A stretch of DNA of 64,000 bases from Pseudomonadota bacterium. GTDB taxonomy: Bacteria > Bdellovibrionota_B > Oligoflexia > Silvanigrellales > Silvanigrellaceae. The DNA lies in assembly GCA_039799905.1 (NCBI GenBank), contig JBDLRP010000021.1, forward strand, positions 64,001-128,000, written 5' to 3'. Positions 1 through 9,734 of the stretch are shown piece after piece (within the stretch, counting starts at the first letter, position 1; the number at the start of each line of letters is the position of its first letter). Position numbers and translations under genes: made by a program. Below the pieces are notes generated by a model. The model was not told where the DNA came from, did not search any database, and saw nothing but the letters and a program-made list of their open reading frames with translations.

Positions 1-1017
1 AATGGTTTCAAGCTTCCTGATGCGGATGAGGAATTCATCGAAAGACTAATCGACGACCCGCACTTGGAAAACCGCGTCGTAAATGCTCAAAAGATCGGCC
101 GCGCCAAGCGTATTGACGACGCGATTGGTCAGTATGCGGTGTTTCTTAAGGAACGCTTTCCAAAATCACTCAAACTCGACGGCATGAGGATTGTCGTCGA
201 TTGCGCGCACGGCGCGGGCTATCGCGTCGGACCCAAAGTTCTGCGCGAACTGGGTGCCGAAGTTTTTGAAATTAACAACGAGCCCAATGGCTTCAACATC
301 AACCTCGAAGCCGGAGCATTGCATCCAGACCGTTTGCGTGAAGAAGTTCTGCGCTACCGAGCCGACATCGGACTCGCTCTCGACGGTGATGCCGACAGGC
401 TGGTGGCCGTCGATGAGAAGGGAAACATTCTCGACGGCGACCAGATCATTGCCATGTGCGCGCAAGAAATGCTCGCCACCGGTCAGCTGCTCAACAACAG
501 TGTGGTCGTCACCGTAATGAGCAACAAAGGACTGGACGTAGCGCTCACAAAGGCCGGAGTGCAGGTGTTCAGAACTCCGGTGGGTGATCGCTACGTGGTC
601 GAGGAAATGCGCCGGCGCAATATTGTTCTCGGCGGCGAGCAGAGCGGGCACCTTTTGTTTCTTGATTCGAGCACTACGGGAGATGCGATCATTGCAAGCC
701 TGAAAGTTCTCGAGATGATGTGCCGGCGGAACAGGCCACTTTCGCTGCTGGCCGAAGTTATGCAAAAACTCCCTCAGGTGACTAGAAACGTGAAAGTTTC
801 GCGCAAAATCCCGATCGAGCGGCTGCCCGAATTTGCCGCCCGTCTTGCGGAGGTCGAAAAGGAACTCGGTGAAGCAGGCCGTATCCTTTTTCGATACAGC
901 GGAACCGAAACTCTGGCGCGCATCACCATTGAAGGTCCCGATCAGGTGACCATCCGCTCCTACGCACAAGAGCTGGAGCAAATCCTGCTCAACGAGATCT
1001 CACAACTGCGAAACTGA
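1..1017 (+). CDS. glmM: Phosphoglucosamine mutase (5' end outside window)
   Basis: Frame 1 is open from base 1 (NGFKLPD...). Motifs DCAHGA, DGDADR (metal loop), GGEQSGH and RYSGTE are present. Confidence 0.93.
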   Translation, partial: NGFKLPDADEEFIERLIDDPHLENRVVNAQKIGRAKRIDDAIGQYAVFLKERFPKSLKLDGMRIVVDCAHGAGYRVGPKVLRELGAEVFEINNEPNGFNINLEAGALHPDRLREEVLRYRADIGLALDGDADRLVAVDEKGNILDGDQIIAMCAQEMLATGQLLNNSVVVTVMSNKGLDVALTKAGVQVFRTPVGDRYVVEEMRRRNIVLGGEQSGHLLFLDSSTTGDAIIASLKVLEMMCRRNRPLSLLAEVMQKLPQVTRNVKVSRKIPIERLPEFAARLAEVEKELGEAGRILFRYSGTETLARITIEGPDQVTIRSYAQELEQILLNEISQLRN

Positions 1018-1031
1018 GAGAGCCTTGCTGT

Positions 1032-2147
1032 ATGGAAGCTTCCTACAAACCAAAACGTTCACTGATGGATGAGGTCAAAACGGCTGTCACGGCAGTGCTT
1101 CCTGACCGAGGCAATCTCAACCGCAAGGTCAGATTGCAGTTTCTCAACAGCATCGTCAGGCCTGCGAGACGTGTGTCCAATTCCGATGTGGTTGGTTTCG
1201 CAGAAAAACAGATCGATCTGACGCTGGCTCGTGTCTTCAGGGAAGCATTGCAAAGGGTCGGCCTACAGTCATGCACGAGTGACAACCAATACGGCCAACT
1301 GCATTACTACGATTCCCACCCGGGCTCCAAAGAACCTCCTTTGGTGATGATTCACGGAATTGGCAGTAGTGGACAGTGTTTCGCGATTCTTGCGCTGATG
1401 CTCAAGAACAAGCGGCGGGTCGTTTTACCCGATCTGTTTCACTTTTCGGGATTCAGTCATCCGAACAACCCCGTCATGAGCAGAGCTGAGCATACCGATT
1501 GTCTGTTTGAATTCATTTCAGGGCTTTCGGACAAGCCCGCAGATGTTGTTGGGCTGAGCCTCGGCGGCTGGCTCGCCATGTCTCTTGCAGTCAAAAATCC
1601 CCAACTGGTCAGTAGCCTCACCCTGCTCAACCCCGGCGGACTCGATTACCGCACGTACGCGTTGCGCGACACGCTGCTCTACCTGAGCTGGAGCAAGTTT
1701 CACAGTTTATATCCAGGTATCATGAGCGGATTTCCTTATGCAGGCATACCGCTCGTCAGTTCGGTGATGAAACGCGGACTGTATCGTGTGCTCAAAGATG
1801 ACGGGGTTCGTGATTTTGTGAAAACCGTCGATACTGAAGATTTTCTCGACAAAGATTTGAAAAAAATAAAGTGTCCGACACTTCTCATGTGGGGAATGGA
1901 AGACAAGCTCCTCTCTTCCGAATCGCCGCTCATGCTGGTCAACTCGATTTCGGATTGTCGGGGCTATTGGGTGCGCGATGCTGCACATATTCTTTGTCTT
2001 GAGGCTCCCGTCAACGTCTATGAATGTCTGGTCCGTTTTCTTGACCTTGGCAAAATTGAAGACAACAATTTCGTGACCTTGGTGCGCAACTCACATCGCG
2101 TTTACCCGATGCAGGCCATCAGCACCGAAGACTCTGACGATCGTTGA
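1032..2147 (+). CDS. Alpha/beta hydrolase (lipase/esterase-like)
   Basis: HGIG oxyanion loop, GLSLGG nucleophile elbow, WGMED acid, AAH catalytic His. Confidence 0.85.
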   Translation: MEASYKPKRSLMDEVKTAVTAVLPDRGNLNRKVRLQFLNSIVRPARRVSNSDVVGFAEKQIDLTLARVFREALQRVGLQSCTSDNQYGQLHYYDSHPGSKEPPLVMIHGIGSSGQCFAILALMLKNKRRVVLPDLFHFSGFSHPNNPVMSRAEHTDCLFEFISGLSDKPADVVGLSLGGWLAMSLAVKNPQLVSSLTLLNPGGLDYRTYALRDTLLYLSWSKFHSLYPGIMSGFPYAGIPLVSSVMKRGLYRVLKDDGVRDFVKTVDTEDFLDKDLKKIKCPTLLMWGMEDKLLSSESPLMLVNSISDCRGYWVRDAAHILCLEAPVNVYECLVRFLDLGKIEDNNFVTLVRNSHRVYPMQAISTEDSDDR

Positions 2148-2156
2148 GGGATTCGC

Positions 2157-3242
2157 ATGTCAACTCAGGATTCAGTGTTCACTCAATTCATGGAGCATCT
2201 TTTTGCCGGAGCCAGGCTGCAACGGCAGGAAGTAAAAAACTTTATGGATGCCATCCTCCGTTCCAATCTATCGGACGTGCGGATCTCATCCATTTTAACT
2301 GCATTCAGACTCATCCCGCTATCTCAGGAGATTGTCTTGGGTGCACTCGACAGCTTGACACAGCTGTCAGCTCAGCCGCCCATAAGTCAACACGGTAAAG
2401 CAGCCCCGCCTCCGCCACCATTCAAAAAAGAAATGCATTTGGTCGACAATTCCGGAACGGGTGGTGACGGCTCAAACACATTCAACATATCGACCATGGC
2501 AGCAGTCGTTGCGGCGGCCTGCGGCGCAAAGGTTGCCAAGTTCGGCAGCCGCTCCATTTCTAGCCGATGTGGAAGTGCAGACGTGCTCGAGGCGCTCGGC
2601 GTGAGTCTGTCGAAAAGTGTTGTCGGCATGCAGGCGCAGCTCGACGAAATGGGCCTTTCGTTTTTGTATGCGCCCGCCCTTTTTCCGGCCCTTCAACACC
2701 TTGGCGTCATGCGCAAAAGTTTGGGGTTTCACACAATCTTCGATCTGTTGGTTCCGCTTGCAAATCCGGCTCCGCTGAGCGGACAATTGGTCGGAGTTTA
2801 TTCGCCCGACATTCAAATCCTCGTCTCCCGCTGCCTGCAGGATCTCGGACGCGAGCGGGCGCTTGTCGTTCACAGTGAAGATGGACTCGACGAATTGTCG
2901 GTCTGCGGCCCTTCGCGAGTCATCCAGCTTGTGGACGGAAGACAAAACGCAGAAATCTGGACTCCGGCGGATTTTGGCATACCGACCTACAAGAAGGACG
3001 CACTGCGAGGTGCCGGTATCGAGGAAAATGCACAATGTTTTGTGAGCACTCTGCGCGGCGAAAACTCGGGAGCCGTTGAGGATGCCGTCGTGATCAACGC
3101 GGCCGCAACGCTCTGGTGCGCAGCCAAGGTCTCCACTCTCAAAGGCGGAATCGACTCGGCGCGTGAGGCAATCCACAACGGAAGTGCCTCACGGACCCTC
3201 GATTTGTGGCGGAAAAAATCCCTTGAATCTCCAAGTCATTAA
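2157..3242 (+). CDS. trpD: Anthranilate phosphoribosyltransferase (with altered motifs)
   Basis: GTGGDG.NTFNIST, GSADVLEALG and DGLDE are present. Canonical KHGN reads KFGS. Confidence 0.85.
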   Translation: MSTQDSVFTQFMEHLFAGARLQRQEVKNFMDAILRSNLSDVRISSILTAFRLIPLSQEIVLGALDSLTQLSAQPPISQHGKAAPPPPPFKKEMHLVDNSGTGGDGSNTFNISTMAAVVAAACGAKVAKFGSRSISSRCGSADVLEALGVSLSKSVVGMQAQLDEMGLSFLYAPALFPALQHLGVMRKSLGFHTIFDLLVPLANPAPLSGQLVGVYSPDIQILVSRCLQDLGRERALVVHSEDGLDELSVCGPSRVIQLVDGRQNAEIWTPADFGIPTYKKDALRGAGIEENAQCFVSTLRGENSGAVEDAVVINAAATLWCAAKVSTLKGGIDSAREAIHNGSASRTLDLWRKKSLESPSH

Positions 3243-4002
3243 TACTTTCGTCGAGCTCGAAAAAACCGCAGCGCAACACTGGTGGACTGCCGAAGACCGC
3301 ACAGCCTGGCGTGATGACCTCCTGCGCCGCCGCGAAAATATCGAGCCCGCGGCGCTTAAAACCTGCCTAGGAAGCGGTCTCACCATCGTACCGATCCACT
3401 TGTGGGATTCTGAACTCAGACAGTGTTTTATGCAGGTTGATGCTGATCCCGAAGAACAAGATGCCACAGACCTTTTCGCACAGCTCGACGCCCTGCAGGC
3501 AAACCAACTTTGCGGATTGTTTCCACGCCCGGGTTTCTGGATGGAATCTTCGTGGTCTGAAGAGGAATCTGCACTCCGTGACGCACTCACCCGCGCAAGT
3601 GCCACACGTGCGCTTGTGCTCCGCTGCGGGTTCATCACCGAACAGACGGATGTCTTGATGGCAGCCGACCTCGGCTTTTCAGGCATTCAGATTCACGCGG
3701 CCGAGCTCGATTTGTTCGAGCTGCAGTTCCTCATAGAACTGGCCCGCGACTGCAGGTTGTCACCTGTCGTCTCAGTTGAAAACAGCAAGCAAATGGAAAT
3801 AGTCCTGCAAACCGACGCACCGCACATTGCGCTTTGCTGTCTGGCGGCAAATGGAAGGGAGCAATCCATCCGCTTTGTCCAACAAACCCTCCCGCGCATT
3901 CCCGCAAACTGCACAAGAATGATTGTCAGCGGTGGATTTTCGCAAACCGAGATGCAACATCTTGGCAATCTCGGTGCCGGAACCATTTTGAACCTTGGTT
4001 AG
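3223..4002 (+). CDS. Degenerate indole-3-glycerol-phosphate synthase (TrpC)-like TIM barrel; start uncertain (TTG 3223 or GTG 3163)
   Basis: Directly after trpD. Segments VLRCGFI, LGFSGIQIHAAEL and LARDCRLSPVVSV align in order with IGPS LRKDFI, GADAILLIAA.L and LA..LG...LVEV, but the catalytic residues are absent. Confidence 0.6.
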   Translation: MNLQVINTFVELEKTAAQHWWTAEDRTAWRDDLLRRRENIEPAALKTCLGSGLTIVPIHLWDSELRQCFMQVDADPEEQDATDLFAQLDALQANQLCGLFPRPGFWMESSWSEEESALRDALTRASATRALVLRCGFITEQTDVLMAADLGFSGIQIHAAELDLFELQFLIELARDCRLSPVVSVENSKQMEIVLQTDAPHIALCCLAANGREQSIRFVQQTLPRIPANCTRMIVSGGFSQTEMQHLGNLGAGTILNLG

Positions 4003-5072
4003 GCCTCTTCTTTCGCCCTGCGCTCGAGGAACTGATCAATCCTCTGCCGCCAAGGCTCTGAACCGACCACCAGATTGTCACGGATGTAGAGAAACACGCC
4101 CACGCCAGCAAGCATTGTCACAAAGCACAGGATCTGACCCATGGTCAGCGTGTTGTTGAAATAATATTTGAGCTGTTCGTCGGCCTCTCGGTAAAACTCC
4201 ATGAAAAAGCGGTAAAAGCCATAAAAGAAGACGAACGCAGCACCGGTGGTTCCCTCTCTCAGCCTTAAGCGGCGGATAATGACGAGGGTCAGAAACAACA
4301 ACCAGCCCTCACCGAGACTCTGGTACAATTGGCTCGGATGACGCGGAAGATCGCCACCGGTTGGAAACACCATCGCCCAAGGAACGTGATCTGAAATGAC
4401 TCTCCCGTAGAGTTCGCCATTCATGAAATTGCCGATACGTCCGAGTCCGATTCCGACAGGTACCGTAAAGGCGAGCTGATCGGAAAGATGCCAGAAGTTG
4501 ATTCCGTGCCGGCGGCAGAAGATTACGATGGCAGTGATCACGCCGACTATTCCGCCGTGGAAAGACAGTCCGCCCTCCCACACCTTCAGAGCATCGAGCG
4601 GCGCCTTGGAGTATGCATCCCAGTTGTAAATGAAGACATAGGCTGTACGGGCGCCAATGATCATACCGAACATCAGATACGCGATCAGTGAATCCAACAA
4701 CATTGGCGTCAACATGATCGAGCGCTTTTTAATCCAGTGCCTGCAGCACATGTAAGTAAAAATGAATGCAAGCAGATACATCGTCGAGTACCAGCGCAGT
4801 CCCCAGTTAATGCCTGCCTTGTGCAAAGAAAAAAACACGCTGACGAGAACTGACAGCAGGACGAACATCGGACGCAGCATATAGATGCGCTCCAGATGTT
4901 TCTCGGAGAGTTCACGGACACGGGGCCAACCCCAAAGCACCGCAAGACCGATCAGGAACAGCGAAAGCAGTGCGGCGATTCCACCGCCGGTGGACATCCA
5001 GTCAAGCTTGAGACCTTCGATAGTAAAAATAAACGGACTCAATTCGTGCTTGTAATACGCGCCGTTCGCCAT
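3999..5072 (-). CDS. lgt: Prolipoprotein diacylglyceryl transferase, with an N-terminal insertion
   Basis: RWY, GAR..Y, GGLSFHGG, GRIGNFMNGELYGR, RHPSQLY, RFFMEF.R. Confidence 0.95.
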   Translation of the reverse strand: MANGAYYKHELSPFIFTIEGLKLDWMSTGGGIAALLSLFLIGLAVLWGWPRVRELSEKHLERIYMLRPMFVLLSVLVSVFFSLHKAGINWGLRWYSTMYLLAFIFTYMCCRHWIKKRSIMLTPMLLDSLIAYLMFGMIIGARTAYVFIYNWDAYSKAPLDALKVWEGGLSFHGGIVGVITAIVIFCRRHGINFWHLSDQLAFTVPVGIGLGRIGNFMNGELYGRVISDHVPWAMVFPTGGDLPRHPSQLYQSLGEGWLLFLTLVIIRRLRLREGTTGAAFVFFYGFYRFFMEFYREADEQLKYYFNNTLTMGQILCFVTMLAGVGVFLYIRDNLVVGSEPWRQRIDQFLERRAKEEA

Positions 5073-5213
5073 TCATATTCCCCAATTCAATTTCCAAATG
5101 TACGATCCGAAAACAAAAAAATATTTTTGAAGATACACCGCGCTGCTTGATTTGCCAAAAGTCATCCGCTACAGTTTCAAAAGACACATCCGTGTTCAAT
5201 CAAAGGAGTCGCA

Positions 5214-5537
5214 ATGGCCAACAACACTGTTTCCACGCAGCAACTCATTTCCGCGGTTGCAGAGAAGTTCACTGACAAGCTTCCAAAGAAGATGACCAAG
5301 ACACTTCTCACAGAGTTCCTCTCAACAATCGAGTCCGAAATTGCTGCAGGAAACAAAGCACGCATCGACAAACTCGGCATCCTGTTTGCCAAAGAGCGCG
5401 CTGCACGCACGGGTCGCAACCCGCAGACTGGTGAAACCATCGCCATTCCTGCATCCAAGAAGGTCAGCTTCCGCGCTGCCAAGTCGCTCAAGGAAGCTGT
5501 AGGAACCGTTCGCAAGTCCGGTAAAAGCAAGCGCTGA
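5214..5537 (+). CDS. HU/IHF family DNA-binding protein
   Basis: RAARTGRNPQTGE.I.IPA.K..F.A.K.LKEAV signature; AGGAG RBS upstream. Confidence 0.93.
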   Translation: MANNTVSTQQLISAVAEKFTDKLPKKMTKTLLTEFLSTIESEIAAGNKARIDKLGILFAKERAARTGRNPQTGETIAIPASKKVSFRAAKSLKEAVGTVRKSGKSKR

Positions 5538-5576
5538 GTCGAAGTGCCGGCAGTGAATCTGCCTGCAGACAAGAAG

Positions 5577-5605
5577 AGGTCGACCCACAGGTTGACCTTT
5601 TTTTT
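5577..5605 (+). terminator. Rho-independent terminator after HU
   Basis: AGGTCGACC-caca-GGTTGACCT stem followed by a T-run. Confidence 0.8.
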
Positions 5606-5643
5606 ATCGACAACCGATCTGTCTCAAAATCTAGTTTTAATTT

Positions 5644-6246
5644 TTAAAATTCAAACCGGATGTCTGTTCCGAAATTGAAAGATCCGCCGTCCACATCGGA
5701 AAGAAAAATCTTCTGCACGCGGACATTGATCTGCAGCACTTTGGGAATGAGCGGTACACCAAGCCAGAACTTAAGCGCAGGTGCAGTGGCATTCTCGCTC
5801 CAGCGGGTTGCGGTAGTTTCGTTTAAAACGTATTCGCCAGTACTCAACTCGGAAGATTTCGAAACTGACGTCAGGCCGAGAGAAGCGCCGACGGGGAGCC
5901 AGTAGGTATTTTCGACTCCAGCGTCTGCCGAAAGTCTGAATTCAGACGTCGATATTCCGATTTGTTTCCGGTTATTCGGAATATTTTGCAAATCCTCAAA
6001 ATCAAAATCCAGCAGAAGCTCACTTTTGAAAAATTCTAAATCCCAATGAACTCCTGCGCCGACCGTCCAAGAATCCTGAAGGTAGACTTCTTGTGAGTAG
6101 AGCCGTGTCGGCCTGAAATTCATACCCAACGATGCATTGTAACGACTCGGCAAAATCCCCTGCGGTATTTCAAAAGCAAAAGATTCATGCGGCTGCGTGG
6201 CAGAGAGAAAGCTTGTGCACAAAAACAGTCTGACAAGATTTCTCAT
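5644..6246 (-). CDS. Exported hypothetical protein, probable outer-membrane beta-barrel
   Basis: Signal peptide MRNLVRLFLCTSFLSA, amphipathic strands, C-terminal DIRFEF. The ATG overlaps the upstream stop (ATGA). Confidence 0.6.
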   Translation of the reverse strand: MRNLVRLFLCTSFLSATQPHESFAFEIPQGILPSRYNASLGMNFRPTRLYSQEVYLQDSWTVGAGVHWDLEFFKSELLLDFDFEDLQNIPNNRKQIGISTSEFRLSADAGVENTYWLPVGASLGLTSVSKSSELSTGEYVLNETTATRWSENATAPALKFWLGVPLIPKVLQINVRVQKIFLSDVDGGSFNFGTDIRFEF

Positions 6247-7565
6247 GGGCACCCCCCACGGGCGGAAACCGGAAACCCTGAGGTTCCGAAGTATTTTATA
6301 ATTGCAGAGCAATAACTTTGCCGCAGAGCAGGCTCCGCAGACTCAATCAGAGACTCAAAAAACGCAGCCAGAAGATCCCCGTCGTTGAACGGTCTCAGAG
6401 TGTCTCTCGACAAGCAGTTGCGAACACTGGCATCAAGGTCCGGCAATCTCTCGCCTTGGTTCTCGCGCAGCAGATTTCCAACTGTCTCCTTGAGCGACAC
6501 AACTTCCCGAAGGAAGGTCTGTCTCGATTGAATACTCTTAGCGTCGAGCCCGCGCGAATTAAAGACCTCGAAAAGCGTCTTTGCCCAGAGTGTACCGATG
6601 CAATAAAAGCGGCCCTGGCAAGCCAGCGATTCTTTTGTTGAATATGTCTCATAATCGAGAGCGAACTTTGAAAAATCGCGTTCGCGTGTTGCCAGTGAAT
6701 CACCCACCGAGGATTGCAGAATATTCGTCGAGCCTGTCCAGACGAAACTGACAAAATCAGCAAAACCCTCATTGATTCCGCGGACGATAAATTCAGTTTC
6801 AAGACGCCCTTTAAAGAGTCTGTCTTCGTACTCCTGTCCGGGTGTACAACGTTCGTATTTGTTTGCAAAAAATGATCGTTCAAATATTGCATGCCCAAAC
6901 TCGTGGGCCAGTACCTGCGGATTGAAGCTCATCGGCACGCGCTCTGAATTGCCAAGGGAGAACAGAGCGAATTGCTTGGCACCGGCAACGTAAGCAGCGT
7001 TGCTATTCTCGTATTTTCTCGTCTGTTCACCTGAATCCGTTATCTCAATGGATGGATGGAAGATGATGCTGAACTGGTCGTAACCCTGAAAAAATTCGCT
7101 TGGCTGTTTTCCTGTCAAGTCTTGCACTTTATTGATGAGCGCGTCGAACTGATATCCTGCCGACAGCATGGCGAGCGACTTTGAGTTTAAAGGTTTTACC
7201 ACTCCGTCCACAGTGCGGTATTCGAGCCTCGGAATTGTATAGCCCGTGAATTCGCTGTTCGTGATCACTGTGCCGATGGATTCCTGAATCCGCAGATCAC
7301 CTCCGAGAAGCATTCGGAAACGAGGCCCGCTCAGGTTTTCGACGTTGTTCATTTCGGCAAAAGTTTGCGGCCCGTAGCGAAACTTTGGGATGTCGCTCGG
7401 ATCATTGATGACCGAAGAATCAAACGTCAGTACATCGCCGCGAATGGCCTGACCTGCAGGAAATTTTTCATATTTTTGCGCACATGCTGCAACCGCAAAG
7501 TTCACCAGGAAAAAGAGGGTACGGACCTTTTTTTGCATCGGTCTGCGTTTGGCGAAATGAATCAT
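6243..7565 (-). CDS. Lipoprotein zinc metallopeptidase (gluzincin, M4/M36-like)
   Basis: Lipobox-like VAAC, SNAAY, HEFGH zinc motif and downstream NEGFAD third ligand. Confidence 0.75.
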   Translation of the reverse strand: MIHFAKRRPMQKKVRTLFFLVNFAVAACAQKYEKFPAGQAIRGDVLTFDSSVINDPSDIPKFRYGPQTFAEMNNVENLSGPRFRMLLGGDLRIQESIGTVITNSEFTGYTIPRLEYRTVDGVVKPLNSKSLAMLSAGYQFDALINKVQDLTGKQPSEFFQGYDQFSIIFHPSIEITDSGEQTRKYENSNAAYVAGAKQFALFSLGNSERVPMSFNPQVLAHEFGHAIFERSFFANKYERCTPGQEYEDRLFKGRLETEFIVRGINEGFADFVSFVWTGSTNILQSSVGDSLATRERDFSKFALDYETYSTKESLACQGRFYCIGTLWAKTLFEVFNSRGLDAKSIQSRQTFLREVVSLKETVGNLLRENQGERLPDLDASVRNCLSRDTLRPFNDGDLLAAFFESLIESAEPALRQSYCSAIIKYFGTSGFPVSARGGCP

Positions 7566-8443
7566 TCGTTGCTCTCCTTTTTGCCCTGTTCGGCCGGCTC
7601 TGTGTCAGCGAGGTTGAGAAGGCTTTCAGGCTTTCTCCAAATCACTTCCAGAACCGGCCACAACGACCAGTTTCCACCGGCCGCCAGCAGGGCACCGCCA
7701 CCAGAAAACTGCCAGTCTTCTGTGGAATGTTGCACACGCGCATGAAACAGTCCGCCACCCAAAGGACCCAGTCGATTGACGTAAAGACTTTCGTTTACAT
7801 GGTATTGTTCAAGTGAATTGAGGACTGGCGAATAGCCCGCGCCCAGCGACCAATCGGTTCCAAGCGGATAATCATAGAGAAAATTCATCCAAGTCGCGAA
7901 GCGATCTTCGAAGCCCGTCAGTCCCAACGTGGATTCACGATATGCGTAACTGAAAAGCCCGATGCCAAGGGTCAGGCGACCAGATGTATCGAAGTCAACA
8001 GCAACCGAGTTTTGCAAAAGTCCGGCAAACTGACGATAGCGGGTTCCGTAGGGCTTCACTCCGACAGCAAACTCTGCAAGCAGAGAACAGCTCACCATCA
8101 GTCCTTCGCAGTAACGTGTTTTTCCGCCCAGCGTTAGAGTGGGCATGCCTGCAATTGTGATGCTGTCTGCATAAATATTCGTAAATATGTTTGTCTTCTC
8201 GCTTGTTCCATACCAGAGATGTCCAGTGGCAAAATCCGCCTGATAAGCACCCTCGGGAACAACTTCAGTGTTAATCAAACCAGCCGTGTGGCTGTCTGGT
8301 GCCGTTTTGAGGGCCTCTTCCTTTTTCGCCGCAAGTCCGAACGTCGGGGTGCTCAAAATAATCATTAGAGCAAGAATCGAACTCCTGCGGAGTCGCATGA
8401 ACACAAACTGACATAGGCTGGTCATTCCCACGTATCGCTCCAT
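7562..8443 (-). CDS. Exported hypothetical protein, probable beta-barrel (start uncertain)
   Basis: Hydrophobic signal ILALMIILSTPTFGLA and Gly/aromatic alternating strands; coupled to the next gene. Confidence 0.6.
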   Translation of the reverse strand: MERYVGMTSLCQFVFMRLRRSSILALMIILSTPTFGLAAKKEEALKTAPDSHTAGLINTEVVPEGAYQADFATGHLWYGTSEKTNIFTNIYADSITIAGMPTLTLGGKTRYCEGLMVSCSLLAEFAVGVKPYGTRYRQFAGLLQNSVAVDFDTSGRLTLGIGLFSYAYRESTLGLTGFEDRFATWMNFLYDYPLGTDWSLGAGYSPVLNSLEQYHVNESLYVNRLGPLGGGLFHARVQHSTEDWQFSGGGALLAAGGNWSLWPVLEVIWRKPESLLNLADTEPAEQGKKESNE

Positions 8444-8495
8444 CTTTTTTTCCTCGCCCCAAGAGGGTAGCATGGCACACTACGGAGGTGTTCCA

Positions 8496-8837
8496 ATGGC
8501 ATTGAGATCGTCAATATTGTTTGCCTCAACATTAATCTTTTCCGGTGCGACCCTCAGTGGCTGCGCCACCGTGGGAAGCGATTTTCCGAGCGATGTGAAT
8601 TGGATTACCCGAGACAAGACCAAGCGTGACGAACTTGAAAAGCGTCTCGGCGCGCCGTTTCAAGTTGGTTTTGACAGCGGACAATTGACTTGGACGTGGG
8701 GTTTCTACCGTTATTCACTGTTCAGACCGGTGCGCACCAAAGACCTCGTGGTGCGATTCAACAGCAATGGCACGGTCAGCAGTTACAGCTTCTCGAGCTC
8801 GTTCGACGAAGATATTCAAAACCTCAAAAACAAGTGA
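8496..8837 (+). CDS. SmpA/BamE-like small lipoprotein
   Basis: Lipobox LSGC; T.R.E....LGAP, W.W.Y and L.V.F...G.V pattern; GGAGG RBS. Confidence 0.7.
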   Translation: MALRSSILFASTLIFSGATLSGCATVGSDFPSDVNWITRDKTKRDELEKRLGAPFQVGFDSGQLTWTWGFYRYSLFRPVRTKDLVVRFNSNGTVSSYSFSSSFDEDIQNLKNK

Positions 8838-8846
8838 GTGGAAATC

Positions 8847-9722
8847 ATGGCTGCCGAAAATTCTGATAACGGACGTATTGTTGTTTTGGGTTTCGGAAAC
8901 ATGGGCCGCGCGTTGGTCAAGGGACTGCTTTCCAGCACGCAACGGCAGGTCATTGTGTGTGACCGATACGAAAACGAAGCTGTGAAGGAATTTTCAAACT
9001 CGCATCCAAACCGCCTGAAGTTTCTTCTGGCTTCGGCTGTTCAGCGCGAGGGCACCGAAATCCCTCTCAATCCATCAGACACCCTGATTGTATGCACAAA
9101 ACCGCAAAATTTTCAGGATGCTGCTCAATTCTGGCGACCCGTCTTCTGCTCCGGCGATTCCAAGCCACTTGTGATCAGTATACTTGCAGGCACACCCATC
9201 GATCAGATCCAACGTGCATTTCCAGGCAGTGTGATTGCACGCGCCATGCCCAACATCGCAGCGACAGTCGATTGCGCCGCGACAGCACTCTGCCTTTCTG
9301 CCGAAGCGAACGACACCGAAATCAAACGAGCGAAGTCCATCTTCGAGGCGGTTGGTAAGGCGTGGGTTGTGCCGGAAGAACTCATGAACGCTGTGACGGG
9401 TCTGAGCGGAAGCGGTCCGGCTTATATCTATATGGTGATCGAGGCTCTGTCGGACGGCGGAGTTAAAATGGGTATGCCCCGCCAGTTGGCGCTCGAATTA
9501 TCTGCACAAACAGTTTTGGGTGCCGCCAAACTCGTTCAAGAAACAGGGCTCCACCCCGCCGTTCTTCGCGATCAAGTGACAACTCCCGGTGGTACTACGA
9601 TTTCCGCAATCCACGAGCTGGAGCGTCATGGCCTCAGGCCAATGTTGATTTCAGCCGTCGTCACAGCCACCAAGAAAAGCCGACTGCTTGCACGTGCCGC
9701 AGAAAAGAAAGCACAGAAATAA
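8847..9722 (+). CDS. proC: Pyrroline-5-carboxylate reductase
   Basis: GFGNMG, KPQ, RAMPN, GLSGSGPAY, VTTPGGTT. Confidence 0.95.
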   Translation: MAAENSDNGRIVVLGFGNMGRALVKGLLSSTQRQVIVCDRYENEAVKEFSNSHPNRLKFLLASAVQREGTEIPLNPSDTLIVCTKPQNFQDAAQFWRPVFCSGDSKPLVISILAGTPIDQIQRAFPGSVIARAMPNIAATVDCAATALCLSAEANDTEIKRAKSIFEAVGKAWVVPEELMNAVTGLSGSGPAYIYMVIEALSDGGVKMGMPRQLALELSAQTVLGAAKLVQETGLHPAVLRDQVTTPGGTTISAIHELERHGLRPMLISAVVTATKKSRLLARAAEKKAQK

Positions 9723-9734
9723 TCGCGAACAGAG

